The notes under the pieces: generated by a model
Seen by the model: only the letters and a program-made list of their open reading frames with translations
Told to the model about the DNA's origin: nothing
Database searches by the model: none
Made by a program: the position numbers and the translations under genes
Part shown: positions 27,729 through 41,937 of the stretch, piece by piece
Numbering within the stretch: position 1 is the stretch's first letter
Layout of the letters: every line of letters begins with the position of its first letter
NCBI GenBank assembly: GCA_021613535.1
Contig: CP075493.1
Location: forward strand, 17,918,001 to 17,982,000
DNA length: 64,000 nt
Origin: Adineta vaga
Taxonomy: Eukaryota > Animalia > Rotifera
Reading direction: 5' to 3'

Positions 27729-29263
27729 CCCTCGACTGTAGGGAGGGTCATATGAAATAAAATAGGTTGTAAATTTGTTTGTTTGTGGCAAGGTCAAAGG
27801 TCAAACACATATTATCGTACATTTTGGTGGTTTCCACCGGTACTCCTAAGGCGCATTTCGGGGGTATGCATGAGTCATCAAGTCGCGCATCGGTGCCGAA
27901 TGCATTGTCCGTATGCTGGCCGCTTTCCAGGCATCTATGGGTCCCTATATGACCCACTGTGGGCTGGCTGATGAGTCTCCATGCCGCGTACTCTTGTCGC
28001 ACTCCTAGGTGTATATGTGGCGCATTTTGACGGTACCCTTAGGTTTTCCAGTCGCATAATTTCGCGGTCCCCTTGAGTCTATATGTGGGTCATTTTTTGG
28101 GTATCCAAGAATCCTCATGTCACCCACTGTGGGCGGGCTGATGGGTCTCCATGTCGCGTACTATTGTCGCACTCCTAGGTGTATATGTGGCGCATTTTGG
28201 CGATACCTATAGGTGTTCCAGTCGCGCAATTTCGCGGTTTCCGTGGGTGAGGCTGAAGGTGTATGAGGAGCGGGCGAGGGTGGGGGGGGGTGAAAGGTCA
28301 AAAAAACATTTTTTTCTTGAATTTCTAAAACTCACTAAAACGTCGAAAAAGTGATAATAGGGTGGGTGTAGGTCTAGTATGAGTTAGGGGAGAGTAGTGG
28401 GGTGGCGGGTGTGACGGGTGGAAGACCAAATAAACATTTTTTATGAAATATCATTTAGCCCTCAAGTCCTTTAACATGGGGGCGCCCAAGGGTTCGCAAA
28501 TCTTATATATTAGGGGTATCCGGGGATCCTAAAGTGGGATACTATGACGGTATGGGTGAAACTGAAAGGTGTGGGGTAGTGGCGTAACCAGGATTTTATG
28601 GGGTATTAGATCTCTGCTTTAGAGTTTGGGTCCCAGTTGAAACTTATGCAGGATGATCATGGTCACAAATGATGAGTTTCTATCAACTGATTTCTACGAT
28701 CGAAATTTGCTAAAAAAAGTAGCATTTTCCTGCGCCCCACCAGAAAATATTCAATACTGTTAATAGTGTCTTCTTTTTGAGAATGCCACAGGAAGCTACA
28801 AAAAATTTAATCGACAGATTTTAAATTTCATGTTAAAATGCATTTTAACATGAAATTTAAAATCTGTCGATTAAATTTTTTAGCTTCCTGTGGCATTCTC
28901 AAAAAGAAGACACTATTAACAGTATTGAATATTTTCTGGTGGGGCGCAGGAAAATGCTACTTTTTTTAGCAAATTTCGATCGTAGAAATCAGTTGATAGA
29001 AACTCATCATTTGTGACCATGATCATCCTGCATAAGTTTCAACTGGGACCCAAACTCTAAAGCAGAGATCTAATACCCCATAAAATCCTGGTTACGCCAC
29101 TAGTGTGGGGTTTAAGGGGACTGGTCGACGGATGAAACTGAACGATTAATCAGAGTCAGTGATTGACTAAACAAATAAGGAAGCGGGTGTTTTATTTGTT
29201 TGTTTGGGAAGAAAAAAAGCTGAAGCTTCTAGAAAAAGAATATCTCTCCTCCACAGTCGAGGG
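27729..29263. mobile_element. Non-autonomous TIR element with CCC termini (piggyBac-like) and an internal about 178-bp duplication
   Basis: CCCTCGACTGTAGGGAGG / CTCCTCCACAGTCGAGGG. 27950-28065 is repeated at 28125-28240. TSD is degenerate. Confidence 0.55.
28577..29102. mobile_element. hAT-type element that is a spacer-less 526-bp palindrome
   Basis: TIR TAGTGGCGTAACCAGG and perfect 8-bp TSD GTGTGGGG. Axis at 28840/28841 (AAAATG|CATTTT). By eye the arms differ only by a 2-nt indel. Confidence 0.92.
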
Positions 29264-31179
29264 TTAGGTGAGTCGGTACGACGAGCGCTACTTGTTACTT
29301 ATACTATATGTAAATTAGAGAAACATCCAAAATATTTACCCTCAATCAATTCGTTTGATGGAAATAACGTTAAATGAATGGTTGGAACACATCATACAAT
29401 TATAGTGTTCGTCATCTTTTTTTTAACATCGATTTCATATTCAACGTATACTGTCGACACTATTGAGTTTATTGTTGAAAAAAATGCAACGTCATAAAAT
29501 ATATCCTATGCAGTATTATATGCTTGTTTAATGTTTGCATCGATATGATAAAAATGAATATGAAATCATTAAAGCATAACCGTATGGCAAGCAAACAAAA
29601 GCACATGTATAGTTCTTTTTCATCGCACATCGCAGTGGAGAAAGAAGAAAAAGTCGTTTTCGATATAACTATCGAGATAAATTATTCGATTCTTTTGTCT
29701 ATTTTTACATTAAATATATCCTATAGAAATTAACCAATCTTTGATGTTTTCAAAAAAATAATTAAATGAAAGTTTATTCTTGTATAGTTCATCGAACAAT
29801 TATCTTGCATGAATCTGTAATATGATATAAAATATTTAGGTTTTAGTTTGAAATGCTTTAGAAGATATTAAATGTAAGTGGATGATGTATTATCTTGGAC
29901 GAATATAACATTTTCATATACGAATGTATATGTTTTTATGAAAGAAAATATTAGAAAACACTAAACAACCTTTAGATACGAAGATTTTGGAATATTGAGG
30001 AAATTCTGTAATGAAGTACTTTAAAAAATATATGCATCAAAATAGAAATCAAGGCTCAAAAATTAGTAATTTTTTCGATTTACTCAGGATTTATGGAGTC
30101 TTTAAAAGGTTGCCTTTTCAGTTTTGTAAAGCTTTTATTCTGAAAAAGCGTGTAAAATGCTATTGATCAGATTTGGAACCGGATAGATCGGTCTTCACCA
30201 GTCTTTTTTTAAATTAAAAAATTTTTCAAGCCAACATAACTTGCCTATTTTGCTCGTCTGTAATGGTTTTAATGATTTTAATCATTGAGGAATATGATTC
30301 TAAGAGTTTTTAACTGATAAATTTTTACTTTTTATCGAAATTCTCGCTTTGTACATTCGCTAGCACTTTTTCATCCTAGGATGAGCGCTTCGGATCATGT
30401 ATGGTTAATTCTTCAATGCTCACGAATAGTTAGCTAGATATTAGAAATTGATATCGCCTGAAACTGCAGATTTTCCACCTCCAAATTTTGAGCTTACTTT
30501 ATTCGAGTAATTTTGACTTATTTTCATAGAATCACAATAATTAGTAGTTTTCAAGCTATACTTTCATACCGAAACATCAGAGATGATTACTTTTTCTTGC
30601 AGAGAGTTTATTGCAAACTGACATCGCGTAACTATGAAAATACTTAGATATTAAAAGTTTTAAATTAAAAGTTTAATATGAGAACGGTACATTTCAGCAT
30701 CACTTACCGTTCTGTTTGTAGAGTACCGTCATTTTTGTAGATTGATGCTTCTCAACTATATTAAATAATTATTTCAAACAAAAATAGATTAACTTATCAA
30801 TTGTAAAGAAATCATATTCCTATTGAAAAAGTCTCAATCAGAACATAGTTAGGCGTTGTTCAATATTAGTTGCTGTAAGCTCTTAGTCAAAATTTTTTTT
30901 ATAGGAACCTTTGTTCATTCTTAATGTTAGCACATAATAGATGGCGGGCAAAATCGAAGCTATTACTATTATAAACTGCAAGAATTATAACTTTGACATT
31001 GAAGATCTTTGTCAAAGTGAAGTAATAGACTGTTATTCGAAAGTACTGATGGATTAGTTGACGCACGAAATACACCAGTTTTTTGCCAGTAAAGCAAAAT
31101 ATTTGGATCGGCGGTTCCTGCCAGTCTGAGAAAATCAGGCCACTTTCAAATCTGCTCTTTTCGTTACCGAATTTTTTCA

Positions 31180-31535
31180 AAAATGGATATATTTTCTGCA
31201 TCTATGCATAACCTTAATAATATCTGAAATCATCTCTAGAGTTTATACCCTTAAAGCGCAAATCAAACTCTATTCTACTGCCGATTTTGAATCAATAAAG
31301 TTGATTTATCAATCACTAGTAATAGTTTTTTGGTGGTAACCCAAAACCTTTGGTTTACTACCACGCCATTGAAAGAGAAATGAGCTTAAATTCTATCTCA
31401 CAATCGAGAATTTAGCGTCTGACAATATCTATTTTATATATTCCGTAATGTACTTTCGATTAACAGATCGAGCTTTCTTTACTAATGATATCGAACCTTC
31501 CGCATAGACAGGTGATCGCTGGCTGATTTTGTCGA
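31180..31535. mobile_element. Diverged right-end copy of the 9691-11089 family
   Basis: Colinear similarity to 10730-11089, ending ...GATTTTGTCGA. Confidence 0.75.
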
Positions 31536-31862
31536 CATCTATCATAGATCTCTTTTAGATTCATGAAGTTGCTTACGATCTTAATGCCTTTAAATACATA
31601 CATAAATTTATTCAAAAATAACTTATGAGAAATATTGCCTATGAAAATATTTCTCATTTATGATGGTGAATCTCACGCGCATACATGCTAAATTGATTAA
31701 CCTCTCATACACTTTTTGTAGTACATATAACTATCGGATAAAATCCGAAGTTTCCGCATTTATTTATTATGAAATTAATTTGATGTACAAAAATGGATTC
31801 ACATAAATTTTCCCAACGAAAATAAGATTCAATAGCTCAGTCGTCAGAGTTGCAGCACCGTA

Positions 31863-32282
31863 TAGACTTGGAACCGGTCTAACTTTTTCAGACCGAACGG
31901 GACCGACTGGTTTAGCTTTTTCGATTGGATCGAAACGGCCAGTCTATACTCTTGCTTAGACCGCTGAATGCCGGCAAAAAACCGGCCGTTCTAGTAGTAA
32001 AACTCAATCTTGAAAAACTAGCAACTCAAAATTAACTAAAAGATGGCTTTTTTCTGGTAAATGTCACGTTCTAATGTTTTCATAATTGTATTTGTGGACT
32101 TACACACTCAGAAAAAACTATTAGTTGGCATAGCATTTGCAAAAATTCGAAAATTTTTATATTATTCTATATAGCAGTCATAAAAGTCAGAAGATTTTAG
32201 TAAAATAAGACTATGCCGGTCTTCATCGGTCTGACAAATCAGATTGGAACGGACCGGATCAGCCTGTCCGGTTACGAGTCTG
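31863..32282. mobile_element. hAT-type MITE (ACCGG repeats), possibly inserted in a tRNA-derived relic
   Basis: TIR TAGACTTGGAACCGG / CCGGTTACGAGTCTG; imperfect TSD GCACCGTA/ATACCGTG. Confidence 0.65.
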
Positions 32283-34249
32283 ATACCGTGATTGATACAT
32301 TTATGATTCAAATTTCTATTTCTTATTTGCTCTTTTAATAAAATTAATTATATCAAGATATGAATGATACAAAAAGGAAAAATTGATTGATGATTTATTA
32401 ATTTAAAATGAATTTAGATAATTTAAAACTCACGGAAATCAAACACTGAAAGGTGATTTTACAGCAGTATACGATTGCTATTTTCTCTACAAATATGAAT
32501 TCATTACATCGATACCTACTCTGTAAAAAAAGACGCCGTTGTGAATCATTACAGATTTTAGCAACGCCTGAAACCTTCTATAGTTCTATATTTGAATCCA
32601 AAGGAGAGAATAGCAAATCCTACTATCTAAAAAGATCCAATAGACTTTATAGAATTCAAGATCCGCTTATTCTCTTCTTTGAGTCCTATTTTTGAAACCT
32701 CTTTTATAGTTTGTATTTCTAACTAAAGTTGTTTAGTTATAGGTTTCTTTTGGTAGGACGAAAAGAGGTAGGCATGCACCAAATTCCAGTCGGACTATGC
32801 TGATGCATGCCTAGTTATCATTGATACACTACTTTTCCTGGGGATATAAGTAAGTACTACATATATAACCGTCACACTTAATGGTTATGACGTATTTATT
32901 ATTGTCTTCATACATGCTATACTTTTTTCTCTCATCTGTTCTCAATAGTATATTAGCCTCCTTTTATCGTTATTCATGCTTTATTTTGTTAATTTATGAG
33001 ACAAATTCGACATATCCGTTACATTCTAAAGTAAGTTTTAATTTTTTAATTTTTTATAAGTAGTGCAATATCTAAGGCTTCATACGGAACTTCTCTAATG
33101 AAATTCGTTGCGCAAGTGTTTTTATACTACGTCGAGTGTAATTTGAAAATCTAATTAAAAATCGATGAGACAACGAGAAAGTTCTATATAAGTCAATATT
33201 GAAAATGGAAAAACAATTGTTTTATGCTATAGATTGGTGTCTGTTGTGTTTTGATCTACTTGGTAGAGAAGAATCTTTAATACAATACAGGTTTTCGATG
33301 GACGAGCCCATCAATTCTTCGAGATGTGATGAAAGATTATCGAAAACAACTCTTAAGTTCTAAATAGACGACCAGATACAGTTTTAATGCTGATGACAAA
33401 TTTGGCATTCATTTCACACGAAAAGAACTTTTTAATCAAGAAATAAAATTTTAAACTATCTGAAAGTCGTGTTTTAAATGCTTTAAATAGAAAATTTCTT
33501 TAAGACATGTCCCAACATATAACATTCAATGCAGAATTTCACTCTCTACAAAATGGGTATGTTTTGCGGGGTTATTGTAGTCAAAAGGCAATTTCTGCAC
33601 TACTTTAAGTTCGCAGCTTACTGCTCAGAATGGAAGCTTCTTTATAAAAGTATCGATTCCTAGGAGAAAAACGACACTCCAACAATACTATATAATGTTC
33701 TGATTTTATTCTAATATGTACTGAAATAGCTTGGGAGTGCTGGAGTACGGAAGTATTGCCTTTTCGTCCTAGGCAAAAATCTTTCTGTGGATCGGATCCG
33801 AATCTGAAGCGATACAGGTTTTCCAGACTTCGTGCCAAATTTTATCCTACCTCACTTTCAGAACCAATGGGAAAGCATGATTTTACCTATTGTACACGAA
33901 CCGATTCATTCGTATTCTATTGTTTTCATTTACAATTCTCTAATTACAATCAAATTAAATGGCATTTTAATTCGTTCTATTACTCTTTTTGTCTAAATGA
34001 AATATCTGTTTATTTAAGAATTAGTTTTGCATAAACAATTGAGAAAATGCACTCTAAAAAAAATAGGCGTTTTACCAAACCTAAATGGTTTTACAAGCTC
34101 GGACCGACCGATTTTAGGTTTAGAAATGTTGAAAAGATTTCGTACTCCAACTGTCCAACTTAAAATAGCTCGGTCAGGTTGAAAAGGTTTGGTAGTTTAC
34201 AAACAAAACCTCGTAAAGGTTTTTTACGAAGTACAGAAAACCGGTTGAC

Positions 34250-35669
34250 TATCATTTACCCCAAATTCTGGTCCCCAGATTCGTCCCCAAATTAAGTCCC
34301 CACTTGGGGTAATTAATCAAATTTCTCATTATTTAAAGGATTGTATATATTTAAAAAATATCGATGGTTCTGGTGACCAATTAGAAATATTTTAAGCTGA
34401 AAAAACTAATAGGCTTAGAACGATGTCCAATTCTTTGATTATATGATTTAGGATGAACCAAGTTGAGAATTGAGTCTTCGAAATAGCGTCTATTTTGAAG
34501 AACTGGTGACTAGATTTTAAGAATTTATCAGAGTTGATTATAAATTTTGAATGACTATCATTTGCTCTAAACTGTAGTTCTCAGAATGGTCCCTAAAAAA
34601 GTCTATACTATATGACAAAATCAGTGAGATATACACAATCGGTAAATGATAGTGTTGTACTGTAACACAGAACAACAGAATGCATTATTTTCATTATTCC
34701 AATGCTGGAATAAGTTTGTGTATAATGCTTCATTGTTTTTTTCTACTGAATCGATTCTATTAAACATAGCTAATAAAATTGTTTTATCATAATTTTTAAA
34801 AAATTCTTCTACTAGTTCTATATTATATTTCTCACAGACTAAATAGCAAACACTTTTCTGGTGACCAAACAGATGATTTTTGTTATGACAGTTCCTACAC
34901 ATTTTAATATTCAATATTATTTTGTATTAGTTGATTACAGCAATTAAATAAAAACCTCAAAACTGAATCTTTCGAAGTTCATCACTTCAGAATTGATTTT
35001 CGTAGCAGTCAATCGAAGACACATCTGGTAACCAGAACATATTTTGAGTTCGCTAAATGACAACTTTAAGCATGAAAAAACGTCGTGCTAATGTCATAAA
35101 TACTTTGACTCAAATATTAGTGCTTATAAATTCATTCTGGACACCACATTGGTTATAAAGTACTGCAACATATTTTAGCTAGTCAACTAAAAACTTTTGA
35201 TAATTAGTACTTCGAACTTGTCCAAAAATATTGAGGAAGAACTTTAAATATTTTGCATTAGCACTTATACTCTATAGCGAGACATGAGACAAAACTAGAC
35301 CTTTCACCAAATGCAAAATGTACAAAAATTTCGCATCTGATCACCAGAATTTCGATAGACGTTAAATTAAGCAAACGCATGAACATGATTTAAAAACTGA
35401 GTTGGGAAGATATAGATAGTGACAAATAATATCTGTTCATAAGTATGATTTAATGTTTCTTACTTCGAAGAATTACACTTTCAACATTACATCATTATCA
35501 AATGTAGGAAGAACTATGACAGTATTCATTTAAAAATATCCCCAGTTCAAAAAGTCCCCAAATAAAAAACCCCACTTGGTCAATAGTTTTTATATTTTTT
35601 GATTAATTGCCCCAAGTGGGGACTTAATTTGGGGACGAATCTGGGGATCAGAATTTGGGTAAATGATAA
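34250..35669. mobile_element. TIR element with about 70-bp inverted repeats
   Basis: TATCATTTACCCC...GGGGTAATTAATCAAA versus its reverse complement at 35598-35669; AC on both flanks. Confidence 0.75.
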
Positions 35670-36595
35670 CACACTAGAAAACCATTGATAGTTTCGAAGT
35701 GTGACGGTAGGTTTCATGTATTTTCTACTAAACCTTGCCTGGTTTCGTACGCTATCACATGGTTCAAATCTTCTTCCACGATACTAGCGAAGTTTTGTCA
35801 GTTTTCAAAAAGTTCAGAGCATTTCTAACTAAACCAAGCATGGTTTGGTATAAACACGAAAGTTTCACTGCCGCTTGCACCAAACCTATCATATGTTCGC
35901 TAATCCTCAAAAGTTCAGCAAAATTTCTTCGAAACTCCTGATGGTGCCGTAAGTTTTACACTAATTGCTACTTAGTTTCGTATAACTTCTACGAATCCTT
36001 CAAAGCTTCGAAAATTTCTAAGAAGTTTAGCAGATTCATCATGGAACTGTTTGTGGTTTCGTACATTCTCTGCAGAACCAATGTCCATTTACTTATGCAT
36101 GCAATGGTTTGGTACAGTCCATACGATACTTTTCGTTTTCAGATTTTTCAAACGAACGTTTCGCTTCCATTATACAGAACCATATTTAGCTTCGCATTAT
36201 AACGAAGGGTTCCACGCAAACTTTCTGAAACCCTGAAGAGTTCTGCACACCCGCAGACGCTTTCACACACCTATTACGAAACTATCTATGGGTTCGTATT
36301 CTTCCATAAGGATTCCTGGAAACATTTTTGAACCATAGATAGTTCGGTAGTTATTCAAATGGTTCAACAGATATTTTTCAAAACTACCGATTGTTCTGCG
36401 TTGGGACACAAGGTTTAGCGAGATTCCCTCTGAACTATAAATGGTTGCGTATTTAATCGGATGGTTCGGTACAGGTTTCTTAAAACTATCAATAGTATGG
36501 TACTGAAGCATAAGGTTCGGTAGAATTTCTCCTGATCTATCGATGGTTTGAGATTGTGACGGAAGGTTTAGTAGCATTTCTCCATAATCCTTGAT

Positions 36596-36927
36596 CAGAG
36601 GTGGGTAATTCAACTAAAAAATATCCCTAATTCAATTCAATTTGTAGAAAAATTTCTAACTCAATTCATATAACATGAAAATTTCTTGCGACTCAATTCA
36701 ATTCAATTCATATTTAATTGAATTGAGTTGAATTGAGTCTCGAATTGTGCGATTTTTAGCTAAAATATACAGCTTTTATGAGCAGAAATTGCAAGAATTA
36801 CATTCGACAATGTAGAAAAACATTATTAAACAACACACAACACTTTATTTTGATATGTTTTTACGAAATAGGTTTTTGTCCTGCTCAATTAGTAGAATAT
36901 TTTCTTGAATTGAGTTGCCCAGCTCTG
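36596..36927. mobile_element. hAT MITE of the same family as 21357-21637
   Basis: TIR CAGAG(G/C)TGGG...; perfect TSD TCCTTGAT. Confidence 0.9.
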
Positions 36928-37958
36928 TCCTTGATGATTTCAACATCGGACTAAAGGTTCAGTCCATTTTCCGCTGAACCTTCGGTGGCTTCGCATTTGT
37001 TTTATAGTTCAGTGGATCTCCTCCGGAACTCTCGATGGTTTCGCACTGTAGTACAAGGTTTAGTAGAATTTCTCCAGAACCATGGATAGTTCCGTTGTCA
37101 TTCACATCGTTCCGTGCAGTTTCTTGAGAAACTATGACTACTTCTTTTGTTCGGTAATAGCTTTCTAGGATTCATTCTTAAGCATTAGTTGCTGCATAAA
37201 TGCTGCAATAGTTTTGTATAGTTTTCACCGATCTATCATTTCCTTTGCGTGTTCAGTCAAAGTTTGCCGGGATCGGTTTCGTCAGACGATACGTTGATTT
37301 ATTTTGTAATTTGTCGCTACGAATATCTCTATAGTGATCAGTGACGTTTATTGGATATTATCCATTTTCGATATAGCTATGACTATAGTCAATATAGATA
37401 ATTCAATTGAGATAGGTCTCCACTCAGTATTCCTATACGATATAAATATGACTGTAGTCAATATGCATAGTGCATATAAATATGACTTTAGTGAATATAC
37501 ATATTCCATTTTGAAGGTAGATTCCATTGTTAAGTATTTTCGTTTTTTTAGTAGGTTCAACTAAATATGGCTTGAAATTCCTGGGTGATCGTGCAGGTAG
37601 ATATATGATATTGAAGTTATTTGAATTTAGGAAACTAATCTAGTGTTATATTATTTAGGTACACGGCGGATCGTTGGCGATTGCGTTTGAGCTAAGTAAA
37701 CGAGATCTTTTCTACATTTGATACTGTTCTGTCTGTTTTTCCGTTTAGCTGAATTAAGATCTACTTGGGTGTCTTCATGAAATTTGATATCTATTCGGAA
37801 GGTAAGCTGTTTCTAACAAACAATGTTTTTCTGTATTTTATTCATAGATTCAAGCGTGAATTGAATGCAGCATTGGCAGTCAACATCGAAAGTAATCGAA
37901 GCATATACGAGTAAGTTGCTTTCTTCCTACTTTATCAGAGATTCTTTGAGGGGGTGTA

Positions 37959-38922
37959 TTAGTATTTCGTCGTGTCAGTACAGTCACTTGAGTTCGTGAG
38001 ATCGCATAGTCGTGGTTCCTACTAGTACTCTCAATTCAGAGAAGGATACGCATAGATACTCACACACAGCCACTTTGTCCAACTCATGAGGAGAGAAAAC
38101 ATCCAAGAGAAGTAAGAAATGACTATCGTCGACACAATCATCTAGTATCTGTTTTGAAATCATAACAACTAATATTGTGAGTCGACACTAAAACTTACGC
38201 GATTTGTAGAACTATGTTTTGAAGAAGTAAAAGAATGAAATATGTTTAAGAATACTGGCTCGCATGAGCAGTTCTTTAGTACAACATAGTTCTAAATCGT
38301 GTCTACTCGATCTTAAAACGAATATAAGATGTTAATGACCTGTCTCAATGAACAAAATATCTCAAAGTTACCAGTTCTAAGTCATTCTTATAACGGATGT
38401 TCTCCTCATAATGTTTCGACAATATCTATAAACATCCTTCTCTAAAGGACTCTCCAGTTCTCTCTAAAGTCATTCACATAGATCGATACCTTTCAGTACC
38501 GAAAACACTCAGTCCTTACCAGTTCTTCAAGTCATTTAAACTCAGCATCAGTCAAGCTAAATAACGCTACTCTCAAAATTGGAAGAACTAAACATAAAGT
38601 CAAGAGGACTGGATGGAACTGGTAAAAAATCAGAAATTTTCGGTTCTTTTTCCGGTCCCACCCAGTCTTTTTTTTCTTTCTATCTATTTCTTCCAGTTTT
38701 GAGAGTAGCGTTATTTAGCTTGACTGATCCTGAGCTTAAATGACTTGAAGAGTCGGCAAAGGCTGGGCGTTTTAGATAGAAAAAGTTATTCAACTATGTG
38801 CACGACTATGTAGGACTGGTGCACCCCTACCCGGTCCTTCTCTGAATTGAGAGTACTAGTAGGAACCACGACTATGCGATCTCACGAACCCAAGTGACTG
38901 TACTGACACGACGAAATACTAA
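37959..38922. mobile_element. TIR/foldback element with about 88-bp near-perfect inverted repeats
   Basis: 37959-38046 is the reverse complement of 38835-38922; inner IR at about 38525-38580 versus 38695-38750. Confidence 0.8.
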
Positions 38923-39232
38923 AAAGCGTACGAAACCCTCATTACGGAACCCTAATATGCTTATCAGAAAAGGTTCGGCAACGAACCTTACCTTTGAAAC
39001 CATTTGGTAGCTGGGTTCAGAAGATTTTGTACCGAACCTCTTGCACGGAACCATTTACTTTCGTGAGCGAAAAGGTTTGGGGCGAAACCTTTGATATCGA
39101 ACCAGTATTTCACATTTTCTCAGGAAAGGTTCTATCCTAAACCATTTTCTTCCAAAACCTAAAACGGATCGGATCCTGTATCGAGGGGAAGATCCTTTTT
39201 TGGTTCGGTAAAAATCCTTTTTTGTGTAGAAT

Positions 39233-40904
39233 GTACCTTACATGTATTTTAATCCCAAAACACATAAGGTAAATAAACAACTCATTGTGCTATTTCAAAT
39301 TTTCAAAAACATTAACATATTTTCTGTTCTGAATAAATAGGATGGTACACCATTTCGACCAATCATGTATACTATTGCTTCGCCTACAACGAACATTTCA
39401 CTTCTGTTAGATCGATTAATTCGACCCATATTTAACGCAAAAGTGCAAAAAACTATCATCATTGATGTCGTTCAACTTATTAAACAACTTCAGAAATATG
39501 CTAATGATGGTCATTTAAAACCAAACACTTTATTTTGTACTTTTGACATTAATAATCTATATACCATGCTACCACAACAAGAATCACTTGAAATTCTTGT
39601 AGAACCTCTTCAAACTTTTGAACAGTCACATATAGGACGAATGGACATTGCAACTATTCGTGAATTAGCCCGTATTGTCATTGAAGAGAATGTTTTCGTC
39701 TACCGCACCAAATATTATCAACAGGTTATCGGCGGTGCAATGGGCTCACCATTTACAATAACTTTAGCAAATATCTTTATGTGGAAATGGGGAAAAGAAT
39801 CCATCTGTAGAGAATTGCGTTTGAATGAAATTTATGGGCGGTATGTGTGATACATGTAAAAGTTTCATACATTTGATATCTGTTTCATAATTCTAGATAT
39901 ATTGACGATATTTTCTTCACATGGAATGATACCAAAGAGAATCTTGAAATATTATTTAAAAAATTAAACATTCATCATCCAAATATTAAATTAGATTATA
40001 AAATTGGTTAAAGTCTTTCATTTCTTGATGTTCATCTTACAAATAATAATGGTATTCTTTCAACATCTGTCTATCGTAAGCCAGCTGCTGAACCTTATGT
40101 GGTACCATTTACTTCTGATCATCCTCGACATATGCTTCGAAATACTATTCAAGCAGCTCTCGTACGCACTTTGCGATATTCATCAACATTCGAAGCATTC
40201 AATACTGAAAGACGCAATATTCGATTGATGCTATTGTACAATGGGCGAGTCAAATAATCTAGAAAAGGGCATACAGAATAAATTCAGAAACTTCTTTTCT
40301 TCAATGTCTATTTAGTTACCCATCCACATACATAGATAAGGAATTTCCCACGTTCTTTGATCGATTCCATCAATACGATTCATGCTCATCAGTTTTACCA
40401 ATGACCAAAGACGAAACTCAATACAATTCCATACATAACGATTTTGCATCAAACCTCACACATAGACAATCACAAATGACTACAGATATAGTATTATCTC
40501 AAATTACTGATAACGATTATGACACGTTAAAACAACTAACGGCTCCAAATCCAACTGTGAAGAGAAAAGATAAAAAAAATCAGCTTAAACAATGTCTGTT
40601 TCTACATCCCATGTATGAAAATCGATTGAAACAACTCAAGGGTGATCTACATAAAATCTATCGAAAACTATTACAGATCCAACTGTCAGTCAAGTTAAAA
40701 TGATTATCGGCAATCGGAATAATCCAAAAGCAAAAACGCAATTCATCCAAAGAAAACGTCCACATGATAAATTCCGCCGACATGATTATCAACCAAGTAT
40801 GTGTTGTCATGTAGCAACTGTATTTGCATAGTTTTTCCCAAAATATAATATTATTATCTCATACAGAACGCACCCGGCAACACCGAACTAAGAAAACAGC
40901 CTGA
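39233..40904 (+). mobile_element. Penelope-like, endonuclease-less (Athena/terminon-type) reverse transcriptase with introns; 5'-truncated pseudogene
   Basis: YFNPKTHK|DGTPFRPI (intron 39269-39340), TFDINNLYT, GGAMGSP, YGR|YIDD (intron 39841-39896), YRKPAAEPYVVPFTSDHP, and C-terminal IIGNRNNP...RKRP. No GIY-YIG domain. Stop near 40009 and frameshift near 40665. Confidence 0.85.
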
Positions 40905-41361
40905 ATTAAAACATTCGACATCATTGGAGACATACAACAACCAACTACACTATGCTCTCTTTTTGAAAACCCTACATGAAATAAATAAATCTACTGAAAC
41001 TACTGAAAAATCAATAGATTACTATAAATAAAAAAACAAAAGATAAGTAATCTTTGAAATGTTCTAGATATACACAGAAAACAAATACTTACATTAATCC
41101 AAATCAATCCAACCAAACTTCCATTCCAACCATAACAAACAACAAAGAGCAAAAACAATATTACAACAGACCCAATCGATCACCGCACGAACACGTAAGT
41201 AACCTTCCGGTCGTGGTATGCTCTCTAAATTATATATTTTGTATATATTTCTATATGAATATATAACTGAAAATTTTCTTGTGAATTTCGATTCATGAGA
41301 ATGTTATTGCCATTTGATAAGTTTCTTTAGTCTGAACGAAGTCGCGATCATGGTAGCTGAT

Positions 41362-41383
41362 CTCACCCTCACTCTCACCCTCA
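41362..41383 (-). repeat. Short telomere-like tract (CCCTCA)n, i.e. (TGAGGG)n on the minus strand
   Basis: CTCA-CCCTCA-CTCTCA-CCCTCA, about 460 bp downstream of the Athena ORF end. Confidence 0.45.
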
Positions 41384-41937
41384 AATCTGACATTTTCTTG
41401 ATGAAGAAGCTTGATAATTGTCATCGAAATCCTATGACTACTAGTCAAAAACATGGCTGTTTATGGCTCCCTGGACATTATTCGCTTCGGCTGAGTGCCT
41501 TGCCCACGAATAAACCTCGATCAAATGATACCATTTTGTAGAGCTGTCTATGGACTATCAAACTAGGTGAAATTCAGAGTGGACCGCTGTCGTTCTATAT
41601 CATCTATAGGAGTCTTAAGAGCCCATCAACGTCAAAACCATGGGTTTCGGGCTCAGATGGATATTATATCCACTAGGGGGAGAGTCGGTGGTGCTAAAAG
41701 AGTTGTAGAGCTCGAAAAGTTGCATCAATATGGACATTTTTCAGGGCGGATCGCTATCGTTATGCGTCATCTAGAGAAGCTACAAAGGAACCACTAGCGT
41801 GGAAACCATGGGTCTTGGGCAGTTTTTGACCTGAATGGGTATCACACCCACCTCGGAGCGCATTGGTACTGTTGAGAAAGTTGTAGAGCTTAAAAAGTTA
41901 CATCGATATGGACATCTTCCAGAGCGGACAAGCATCG

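Larger units (their letters stand above)
34050..39233. mobile_element. Large non-autonomous CAC-terminus (CMC/EnSpm-like) element rich in GAACC/GGTTC motifs, with nested insertions
   Basis: CACTCTAAAAAAAATAGG...CCTTTTTTGTGTAGAATG imperfect termini. Dense AACC/GGTT motifs at 34070-34240, 35680-37130 and 38925-39210. Confidence 0.5.

Noticed and set aside
27958-27990. CTGATGAG hammerhead-like core
   Set aside because: No downstream GAAA or stem II, and the duplicate copy reads CTGATGGG.
31828-32315. tRNA gene (TAGCTCAGTC A-box, GATTCAAAT B-box-like, split by a MITE)
   Set aside because: No cloverleaf can be built; at most a decayed tRNA-derived SINE.
32769-32815. Helitron 3' end (TAGGCATGCA...TGCATGCCTAG)
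   Set aside because: The hairpin overlaps the CTAG instead of lying upstream of it, and no 5' end was found.
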